The notes under the pieces are model-generated. The model was not told where the DNA came from and ran no database searches. It worked only from the letters and a program-made list of their open reading frames with translations. From Gemmatimonadales bacterium (GTDB lineage Bacteria > Gemmatimonadota > Gemmatimonadetes > Gemmatimonadales > GWC2-71-9): a DNA stretch of 64,000 bases. Positions 9,873 to 18,700 of the stretch are shown piece after piece. Position 1 is the stretch's first letter; the number at the start of each line of letters is the position of its first letter. A program made the translations under genes and the position numbers. The stretch lies in assembly GCA_037189525.1 (NCBI GenBank), contig JBBCJC010000005.1, positions 160,001-224,000 of the forward strand, in the 5' to 3' direction.

Positions 9873-10895
9873 ATGACGAACCCCAACAGAATCACGAAGG
9901 AGCCCGGTGTGCCGCCCTCCACTCCGCAACCGGTGCTCGCTCGGCTGACAGGAGCCGCCATCTTCCTCGTGGTGAACATCAACCCGGGGCGAGACAGCGA
10001 GGTCGCGGTACGGGGGCTCTGCAGCAATCTGGCCGGCCTCCTGCGCGCCGTGGGCTTTCGCGATCTCGAGGGTCGGCTGTCATGCGTCACGGGATTCGGC
10101 TCCGACGCCTGGGATCGTCTGTTCGGCCAGCCGAGACCGAAGGAACTCCATGCGTTTCGCGAGATCCACGGCCAGCATCATGCGGTAGCAACACCAGGCG
10201 ACCTCCTCTTTCACATCCGCTCGGCACGCATGGATCTCTGCTTCGAGCTGGCGACGCAGATCATGGCGCGGCTTGCCGGCGCGGTATCCGTAGTGGACGA
10301 GGTGCACGGGTTCCGGTATTTCGACGATCGCGACCTGATCGGCTTCGTGGACGGAACCGAGAACCCCGTGGACGATGCGGCGCGCCGCGCCACCATCATC
10401 GGCGACGAAGATGCCGGCTTTGCGGGCGGAAGCTATGTGATCGTGCAGAAGTATCTGCATGACCTGACGCAGTGGAACGCGCTCACCGTCGAGCAGCAGG
10501 AGCGTATCATCGGCCGGCACAAACTCTCCGACATCGAGCTGGACGATGCCGTAAAGCCCACCTCCGCTCACAATGCCCTGACGACGATCGTCGAGAACGG
10601 AGAGCAACTCGAAATCGTCCGCGACAACATGCCGTTCGGTGAGGTGGGCAAGGGTGAGTTCGGCACGTATTTCATCGGATACGCCAGGTCCCCTCACCGG
10701 ATCGAGCAGATGCTGCAGAACATGTTCATCGGCCGGCCACCGGGCAACTACGATCGCCTGCTCGACTTCAGCCGCGCCGTGACTGGCACGCTGTTCTTCG
10801 TTCCATCCGCCACATTTCTCGCCCAGGTCACCCCGGAGCTACCGGCACCCTCCACGTCGACCGATGGGTCGCTTCCCGGCCAGCCGCCGAACTGA
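9873..10895 (+). CDS. Dyp-type peroxidase
   Basis: GFVDG (GxxDG), YVIVQKYLHD, proximal His in SAHNAL, distal Arg in IVRDNMPFG. Confidence 0.93.
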   Translation: MTNPNRITKEPGVPPSTPQPVLARLTGAAIFLVVNINPGRDSEVAVRGLCSNLAGLLRAVGFRDLEGRLSCVTGFGSDAWDRLFGQPRPKELHAFREIHGQHHAVATPGDLLFHIRSARMDLCFELATQIMARLAGAVSVVDEVHGFRYFDDRDLIGFVDGTENPVDDAARRATIIGDEDAGFAGGSYVIVQKYLHDLTQWNALTVEQQERIIGRHKLSDIELDDAVKPTSAHNALTTIVENGEQLEIVRDNMPFGEVGKGEFGTYFIGYARSPHRIEQMLQNMFIGRPPGNYDRLLDFSRAVTGTLFFVPSATFLAQVTPELPAPSTSTDGSLPGQPPN

Positions 10896-10919
10896 CTCCG
10901 TGTAAGAAGAGAGGTCCTG

Positions 10920-11294
10920 ATGGCACACCAGTCGATTCCCGCCTCGCACCTCCGTCTCAAGCGCGCGTATGAACCGGCCGAACCCGATGATGGCACGCGG
11001 ATCCTCGTGGACAGACTCTGGCCCCGAGGGGTGAGCAAAGCGAAAGCGCACTTCGATGACTGGATGAAGGACATTGCCCCGAGTACGGAGTTGCGACAGT
11101 GGTTCGGGCATGATCCGGCGCGCTGGACGGAATTCCAGCACCGCTACCGCGCCGAGTTGCAGCAGCAAGGCGAGCAGTTGGATCAGCTTCGCGCGCTTGC
11201 TCGTAAAGGAGTCGTGACCCTCGTCTACGGGGCCCGGGACCAGGAACACAACGACGCGGTGGTACTGAGGGATGTTCTGCTGGATAAGCGATGA
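10920..11294 (+). CDS. DUF488/YeaO family protein
   Basis: KRAYE..DDGTRILVDRLWPRG and IAPSTELRQWFGH. Confidence 0.9.
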   Translation: MAHQSIPASHLRLKRAYEPAEPDDGTRILVDRLWPRGVSKAKAHFDDWMKDIAPSTELRQWFGHDPARWTEFQHRYRAELQQQGEQLDQLRALARKGVVTLVYGARDQEHNDAVVLRDVLLDKR

Positions 11295-11333
11295 CCCCAA
11301 CGCTCCGTCTCCACCCTTTGCCAGAGAGCCTTC

Positions 11334-11600
11334 ATGCGAACCGGCTATTTCTTACTCGCGGGACTACTCCTGATGGCTGCGTCCCTGATCCTTGGCAGGC
11401 TCTTTACCCCCGAGTTCCCCAATGCGCGCCAATGGGCCGTCGGCATTGCCATCGGGGTGTGGCTGGTTCTGACCGGCTTCAACATGTGGGTCGGTGTCGC
11501 CAAGGCAGGTTACTCCGTCCGGGAAGAAATTCCCGTACTCCTGCTGCTGTTCGGGATTCCGACCGTCATCGCGCTCCTCGCCCGCCGTTTGCTTGCCTGA
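11334..11600 (+). CDS. Hypothetical small membrane protein
   Basis: Three hydrophobic segments, NMWVGVAKAGYS, GC-rich codon usage. Confidence 0.7.
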   Translation: MRTGYFLLAGLLLMAASLILGRLFTPEFPNARQWAVGIAIGVWLVLTGFNMWVGVAKAGYSVREEIPVLLLLFGIPTVIALLARRLLA

Positions 11601-11726
11601 CGACGGAGTGACTCGCGAGAAGGCGATGCGGCATAGTACGATGCGGCCTGATCGATGATCAGGCCCTACATCCGGGGTCTCGGTCCCCCTGTCCAACGTT
11701 TTGCTCTGACCCGGTGTCCAACGGTC

Positions 11727-12911
11727 ATGCTCTTGCGCATTATCCTGGCTCTACTTGCAACAGCCGCTCCGTATGTCCCGGCAGCTCTAGCCGCGCAGAA
11801 GACCCGAATCGTCATTCTCGGCGTCGACCACTCCATCCAGCTCGCGTCGCGCGCTGCGCAACCGGCGGCATTCCGCGCCTTCTTCGACAAACTCGCACCG
11901 GACGCAATCGCGATCGAGCGCGACCCCGACAACTTCGCCAGGAACGACCACTACGAGTTCACGTACGAGATTCAGGATCTGATCGTCCCGTACGCCCGGG
12001 CCCATCGGATTCCGCTCTTTCCGATCGATTGGGCTCCTCCCGTCGAGGATCAGTTGCTGGCATTCGGATTGGATCTCGATCGGCCGCCCCTCATCAGACC
12101 GAGTACGGGGTTCCAGGGGTTTCTCACCTTCCCCGACACGGCGGCACTGCACCGGCCGCTGTTTTTTGCCGACACCGAATCGAGTCGCGCATCGGCGCGC
12201 GCGTGGTACCAACAGCCCGCACCGGAGGCCGCTCGTGACTTCCCCCGGCGCCTCTACCTCTACCGTACCACGCTCCAGGCCCGGCGGATTGCCCGCGCCG
12301 CGGCCGAGCTTCGGGGGAAAACTCTCCTCGTTGTGATCGGATACTTCCACAAGGATGAGATCGAGCGGATTCTGGCCGCTGATCCGAATCTCGAAATCGT
12401 TCAGCCGTCTGCCATTGCCAGCGAACCGGCAGATCAGACAGAGAACGCTACGAAAGAGGAGTTGGTCGCCATCGCCAGCTTCAACCTGCTCGGCCAGCAA
12501 CACCGCAGCGGCCCGATCGATTGGCCATGGCTCGAAAGAGTGGTCGCGCGGCTCGAACGCCTTTCTCCAGGCCCTGAAGCAGACCTCTTCGCCATCCGAC
12601 TCGGACGGCTCACCGGGAGGCTCTCTTCAGCAGATGCCGCCGCTCGCCTGCGTACGCTCGCCGAGTCTGTGTCGGGAGATCTGCGGTTCAGCTGGACCGG
12701 GGTCAAGTTCGCTGACCGGGTCGATTCCTTCACCGATCCCTTCGGGAACCTCGGGGTCAGGGATCGTGTCCGTCTCGAATGGGCGCGGGAACTGATCGCT
12801 CTTGGCCGGAAGACCGAAGCGGCAGAGCTGCGTCGCCTGATCGAGGATGGACTTCCGCTCGGGCCGCGCAGCCAATTGGGCGCCTACTGGGACGAATTCG
12901 TCGGCCGCTGA
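11727..12911 (+). CDS. Secreted hypothetical protein, possibly TraB/Tiki-EreA/ChaN-like metal hydrolase fold
   Basis: Signal peptide ending ALAAQ. Motifs ILGVDH, AIAIERDP, PIDW, LVVIGYFH. Confidence 0.6.
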   Translation: MLLRIILALLATAAPYVPAALAAQKTRIVILGVDHSIQLASRAAQPAAFRAFFDKLAPDAIAIERDPDNFARNDHYEFTYEIQDLIVPYARAHRIPLFPIDWAPPVEDQLLAFGLDLDRPPLIRPSTGFQGFLTFPDTAALHRPLFFADTESSRASARAWYQQPAPEAARDFPRRLYLYRTTLQARRIARAAAELRGKTLLVVIGYFHKDEIERILAADPNLEIVQPSAIASEPADQTENATKEELVAIASFNLLGQQHRSGPIDWPWLERVVARLERLSPGPEADLFAIRLGRLTGRLSSADAAARLRTLAESVSGDLRFSWTGVKFADRVDSFTDPFGNLGVRDRVRLEWARELIALGRKTEAAELRRLIEDGLPLGPRSQLGAYWDEFVGR

Positions 12912-12933
12912 ATCCTGTCAGCGCATTCCCGGG

Positions 12934-13668
12934 TTATACCGGTGTCTTGATGCCTCGCTCCGGCGGCGCGATCCGCCTGACCGTCCCCTGCTGCGCCAGC
13001 ATCCGTTCCGCAAAGTCCAAGCGTTCGGCCAGCTCGGCCAACTGCCGGGCGTGCTCCGCCTGGTGCATTCCCTGGCGATCCTGCAGCGCCCCCAGCCGGC
13101 TGTCGATCAAGTCTTCGGCTTTCATGACCCGCGCCGCGGCCGATTCGAGCCGGGCCAGATCGGCCGCGCTCAATCGGGTGGATCGGGGAGAACGCCAGAG
13201 TCCCAGGGCCCCCAACATCCGGCGCGGCAATCGCGCCACGAAGGCAAGCGCCGCCCCGGCATAGTGGAGGGGGTTGATGGTCCGGATCAGGGCCATGTAG
13301 CGATCGCTTTCGTAGACCCCGATCGCCATGTCGATGATGTCGAGAATCTCCTGCTCCAGGCCGTCGGTATAGCGGGCACTGAAGATCTGCTGTAGCACCT
13401 CGACGCGGCCCAGCGGGACACCGGGGTCCGTCTGCGTCACCGCGCCGGACGACCCGCTCAACCCGGCCGCCCGAATCACCTGCAGCATCCGGGGCAGCAT
13501 CTGATTGATCCGCGATCGGGCGCCCAGGGCACCCTCCCAATCCATCGGGACGCCGTCCTCATCGCCCGCCGACTGGGCGAAATACCGTTCCACCAGGTCG
13601 CGGAAGAGCCGGAGTTCCCCCGCGCGGTGGCGGTTCCTGATGATGGTGAGCTGGTCATGGGGTTTCAT
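12934..13668 (-). CDS. Hypothetical protein with C-terminal coiled coil
   Basis: Starts MKPHDQL. Helical sequence with LAELAERLDFAERML near the end. Confidence 0.7.
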   Translation of the reverse strand: MKPHDQLTIIRNRHRAGELRLFRDLVERYFAQSAGDEDGVPMDWEGALGARSRINQMLPRMLQVIRAAGLSGSSGAVTQTDPGVPLGRVEVLQQIFSARYTDGLEQEILDIIDMAIGVYESDRYMALIRTINPLHYAGAALAFVARLPRRMLGALGLWRSPRSTRLSAADLARLESAAARVMKAEDLIDSRLGALQDRQGMHQAEHARQLAELAERLDFAERMLAQQGTVRRIAPPERGIKTPV

Positions 13669-13764
13669 CGCCGTTCGTCCCGTCCGAGGTCTTGACCAAC
13701 AAGCTACCGGCACTCTCATTTCGACGCCACACGGCCACCCGAAACCGACACCGAGGGGATACGC

Positions 13765-14412
13765 ATGTCACGGGTTCGAGTCGACTGTTTTGCCATCTCG
13801 CTCGATGGATATGGAGCAGGTCCTGATCAGACGATCGAGCATCCGTTGGGTGTGGGAGGCGAGGATCTGCACCAATGGCTCATTTCCACCCGCAGCTGGC
13901 GACAGATGCACGGCATGGAAGGCGGCACGACCGGGATCGATGATGAGTTCGGCGCCCGCGGCACCGAGACGGTCGGCGCATGGATCATGGGCAGGAACAT
14001 GTTCGGACCGATTCGCGGTCCCTGGCCCGATACGACGTGGAAGGGCTGGTGGGGCAACAACCCGCCCTACCATGTCCCCGTGTTCGTCGTGACCCATCAC
14101 GAACGCCCGCCGCTGCCGATGGAAGGTGGAACGACCTTCCACTTCGTCACGGGCGGCATTCACGACGCCCTGAGTCAGGCAAAGAGCGCAGCAAACGGAA
14201 AGGACATCCGCATCGGGGGCGGCGCCAGCACCATTCAACAGTATCTCCGCGCTGGCCTGATCGACGAACTGCACGTTGCGATCGCACCCGTTGCGTTAGG
14301 TAGCGGTGAACGACTCTTCGAGGGTGTGGACCTACCGGCGCTCGGCTACGAATGTGGCCCGTTCGTCGGATCGGAGAAGGCCACGCATATGGTTCTGCGC
14401 GCCCGACGCTGA
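13765..14412 (+). CDS. Dihydrofolate reductase-like (RibD C-terminal domain) protein
   Basis: ISLDGYGAGP, IMGRNMF, IGGGASTIQQYLRAGLIDEL. Confidence 0.9.
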   Translation: MSRVRVDCFAISLDGYGAGPDQTIEHPLGVGGEDLHQWLISTRSWRQMHGMEGGTTGIDDEFGARGTETVGAWIMGRNMFGPIRGPWPDTTWKGWWGNNPPYHVPVFVVTHHERPPLPMEGGTTFHFVTGGIHDALSQAKSAANGKDIRIGGGASTIQQYLRAGLIDELHVAIAPVALGSGERLFEGVDLPALGYECGPFVGSEKATHMVLRARR

Positions 14413-14614
14413 GATCGCTCGCACCAGGTCCGACTGTTTCGAGACGGCATTGCAAGGCAGCTGGCCATTCATACAAGGCCTTCCAAACGGGGTTCGCCTG
14501 CTGGGCTGATCTGAGGGGGTATAACGACCGAGCCAGTTGGTCAACTGGACCGGTTTGCGAAATTCCGGAAAGCGCCCCAACTTGGAGAGATCTCGGTCGC
14601 AGGATGGCGAGCCA

Positions 14615-15061
14615 ATGTTTCGACGCAGTCTGACCGTTTCATACGTACTTCCTCTCGTCATGGCGCTGGGCGCCTGCGGGGACACCCTTGGTCCGGATCT
14701 CCCGAAGGACGGTCCGCTGGCGGTCTCCCTCCATACCGACCGCGCCAGCTACGCATCGAATGATCCGGCCTCGGTCACCATGGTCAATCACTCATCGGAG
14801 ACCTTGATGTTCTGGGGCTGCAGCGATGCGCTGGAACGCCAGGAGGGCGGGCGCTGGAAAGTCGCCTTCGACGTGGACCCGGATGCGATCTGCCCAGCGG
14901 TTGGCATCCTGCTGCCTCCCGATACGCCGGTGACATTCCCGTTCGCATTGCATCGAGTCACGAAGCCTGGAGTCTACCGTTTGCGCCGTGCATTCTGGCC
15001 CGACAATGGTCCGGTCACGGAACGTTCGCACGGGAGAAGTAACACCTTCCGGGTGCAGTAA
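14615..15061 (+). CDS. Hypothetical lipoprotein with Ig-like domain
   Basis: Lipobox LGAC, LHTDRASY, PGVYRL..SNTFRV beta-strand pattern. Confidence 0.7.
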   Translation: MFRRSLTVSYVLPLVMALGACGDTLGPDLPKDGPLAVSLHTDRASYASNDPASVTMVNHSSETLMFWGCSDALERQEGGRWKVAFDVDPDAICPAVGILLPPDTPVTFPFALHRVTKPGVYRLRRAFWPDNGPVTERSHGRSNTFRVQ

Positions 15062-15146
15062 ACTTTTTCCGTCTCAATAGCAAACGACAAAGCCCTCCCC
15101 CCGTTCGGCGCGACTGTTGGTTCGCGCCGAGTGACGACCGGACCAG

Positions 15147-15581
15147 ATGATCTTCCATCCGATCACCCGCGACCTCACATCCAGCGCCCGGGTTCAGGAC
15201 TCCGAGTTCCTGAACGACCTGTGCATCGCCACCATGGCGATCTACCCCGATGGCCCTCCCCCTCTGCCGTGGATCGGCTACCTCGCGGAAGACGACGGCG
15301 TGATCGTCGGTACCTGCGCGTTCAAGAGCGCGCCGGTCGCCGGCCACGTGGAAATCGCCTACTTCACCTTTCCGGAATACGAGCGGCGGGGTGTGGCAAC
15401 CCGGATGGCGCAGCACCTGATCGACCTGGCCGCCCGACACGGCGCCGTCATCGTCCGCGCCCAAACCCTGCCCGAACGAAATTCGTCGGTGCGGATTCTC
15501 GAAAAGCTGGGTTTCGAGTTGGTGGGGCCGGTCCTTCATCCGGAGGACAGCGAAGTATGGGAGTGGCGCCGGCCAGCGTAA
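15147..15581 (+). CDS. GNAT acetyltransferase, RimJ/RimL-like
   Basis: VEIAYFTFPEYERRGVAT and NSSVRILEKLGF. Confidence 0.88.
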   Translation: MIFHPITRDLTSSARVQDSEFLNDLCIATMAIYPDGPPPLPWIGYLAEDDGVIVGTCAFKSAPVAGHVEIAYFTFPEYERRGVATRMAQHLIDLAARHGAVIVRAQTLPERNSSVRILEKLGFELVGPVLHPEDSEVWEWRRPA

Positions 15582-15709
15582 ATTGATGACGGCGTTCGGT
15601 ACCTCGGGATTGGTGAGGGCGGACAGGACCCGGTGCATCATCCGGGACCGGAGTTCGTCCACCCTTTATCAGCCGGACACGAGGCCACCAATCGGACGGA
15701 GGGGCGGGT

Positions 15710-18700
15710 TTGAGCACACCGAAAGGCCGCGGGGCATCGCGTATCGTTGCTCGAATTCTACTCGCCCTGGTTCTGTTCCTCGTCGGAACGCTGGGCATCG
15801 TTGTGCTGCTCCTTCAGCACGACGGCATTGCCACCGGCGTCCTCCGCCGCGCCGCCAGCTGGCTCCAGCCCTGGCCTGACGCCAGGGTCGAAATCGGCCG
15901 GGCCTCGATCTCGGGCATCAGCCGCCTTTCCGTCAACGACCTGCGCCTGATCCGCACCGACGACTCCACCATGGTGGCGGTCGATTCGGTCCGGCTGAGC
16001 ATCTCCCCTCTGCGTCTCCTGACCGGTCGGCTCGATCTGGGCGAGGTCCGGGTCGTCAACGCCGACATCGTGATGCGACAGCTGGGCGCGTCCCAATGGG
16101 ACCTGATCGCCCCTTTCCAAACGCCGGATTCCGCAGCCTCCGAACCGACGGGCGATCCGCTCGAGATCACGATCGACCGGGTCGACGTCATCGGCAGCCG
16201 CCTCGAAGCCCGATTCCTGGGCGGCGCCGATTCGACGCTCCGGGTCGACGGCCTCCTCCTGGCCATGCGGGACTTCCGGTCGGGAACCGGCCTGCCGGTT
16301 CTGACCCTCGACACCCTGGGTGCGGAGCTGACTCCACCCGGTCGCCCGACGCCGGCCGTGATGTCGGCCAAGCTGCACCTGGGGCCTGACCGGTTGGTCG
16401 TGGATGGGCTGTCAATCCGCTCGGATTCCACCGACGTCTCCGCTGTCGGCGACCTCCGACTGCCCGACTCAGACCCACGCCAGGCCGATGCCGTCGACTT
16501 CCGGCTCGCCGCCGCCCCGCTCGATTTCCGCGACATCGGCGCGCTGGTACCCGGCTTCGATGTGCCGGGCAGTCTCCGGCTCGACCTCCGCGTGACCGGC
16601 ACTGCGAACCTGTTGACCGTCACCGGTTCGGGCCGAAGCTTCGACGGCGCCACCCTCGCCATCGACGGCGCGCTGACGCCTCGCACCACGGACGGCGTCC
16701 GCTATCAATCGACCCTCCGCATCGACGGCCTCGATGCTCGGCTCTGGAGCAACGAGGCAGCGGCCGGCCAGGTCAACGCTCGACTCGACTTCGACCTGAC
16801 CGGCGATTCGCTGGCCGTCGTTTCAGGCCCGTTCGAGTTGGATGCCGAAGGGATCGTGGTCGGCGAGGGGCAACTGGTACCCACCCGGCTCAGCGGCGCG
16901 TTCGACCGGGGACGGGCGCGACTCGAGGTGCAAAGCGGCTGGGCTCCCTGGCTCGACCTGCACGGCAACGGAGAGATCCGTCCCTTTGCCGAGCAGCCGG
17001 CGTATGACCTCGACCTGACGGTGACTCCGCGCGATTCCCTGCTCCGGATGGGCAGCGTCGATCTCGACGACCTGCGCGCCCGGATCGAGGGTGGGGGCAC
17101 GGGCGTCCCCACGACGAGCGGCCAGGGCCACCTCACGATGCGCCTCACCGGCTCGGTCGGCGATCAGCCTCTCGAAAACACGACGCTGCGCGCCGAGTGG
17201 AAGGATCAGCGGCTGGATGCGCGGCTGACGGCATCCCTGGGAACCGCGCGCGCCGCCGGTACGCTCTCGCTCGATCGCCAGGGACAGTCGGATGCGCTCA
17301 GCTTTCGCGTCCCCCGCCTGACCGTCAGCGATCTGGCCCTGGCTCCCTTCCTCGGCGATTCGGCCCGGGGCAGCCTGCATCTCGATGCCAGCGCGCAGGG
17401 CGCCCGGCTCGAACCGGGGGCGATCACTGCCCAAGGCGCCATCCGCTGGGACGATGGCGGCTGGGGAACGCTGGCGGTCGACAGCGCCGCGGCCACGTTC
17501 CGTCTGGCCGATGGACGAGTCCGCCTGAACGGCGGGGCGCGTTCGGGAGCCGGAGCCCTCTCTCTCGATGGGCAGGCGCAGCCCTTCCTGACCGTGCCCA
17601 GCTGGGAAGTCACCGCGCTGACGCTCAGCGGAATCGACCTGGCCGCCATCGACTCGACCTGGCCCGTCTCGAGCGTCTCGGCGACCGCCTCGCTGTCCGC
17701 GCGCGGCAATCTTCCGGCGCTGACCGGCGATGGAACGATCCGGATCGAGCCGTCACAGGTTGACTCGGTACACTTCGGCCCGACCACGCTCACGCTGGCG
17801 CTTCGTCCGGATAGCGTGACGGTCGATGGCACGTTGCCCGTCGCCGAGGGGACGGTGGACATTGCCGCCGCCGCTGGACCATTCGGACCGGTTCCCGGCA
17901 TCGATGCACGGCTCGGCATCCGTCGGCTCGCGCTCGGTCCGCTGACGCGAGGACGTTTCCAGACCGCGGTTTCAGGCCCGGTCACGCTGACGCTGACACC
18001 GTCGACCGACGATACCACCGCGGGGCTGGTGCGCGTCAGCGCGGCGCTCGAAAGCGCGGCGGGCACCGCGTCGCTCGAAGGCAACGCGGGCCTCGCCAGG
18101 CGCACAGCGTCCGGCGATAGCACCGCCTGGCAGGTCACGCGCGGCGAGGCCGATCTCGAACTCCATCTGACCGACTTGAGCGCCATTGCGGTCCAGGACA
18201 GTACTACCGGCCGCCTCGATGCGACGATGCGGGTCGAGGGTCAGGGCAGCGATCTCGCCACGATGCGATGGACCGGACGAGCGCACGCCTCCGGCAACGT
18301 CAACGATGCCCGGCTCGATTCCTTGGCCCTCCGCGGCGCGGTTTCGAACGGGGTGCTCCGCCTCGACACTCTGCTCCTCGCGTCCAATGTGCTGCGCGGC
18401 GGCGGTGGCGGCCGAGTCCCGTTGGTTCGGCAATCCGGCGAGCAGGACACGCTTCGGGTAGCGCTCGTGGCCGATACGACGCGGCCGCCGCCGGCGCAAT
18501 CGGCGCTCGGGATTCGTCCGCTGGGCATCCGGAGCGGACACGTCGACGCGAAACTCTGGCGTAATGCTCAGGGTTTCGAGCTGGCCGGCAACGCCTCGGT
18601 CGGCGGGCTGATCGCGGGAGTGGCCGCCGCGGACACCCTGCAGATCGACCTGACCAGCGCAGGCAGCGACGGCACCAACTGGAACATCACCGGCGAGGCC

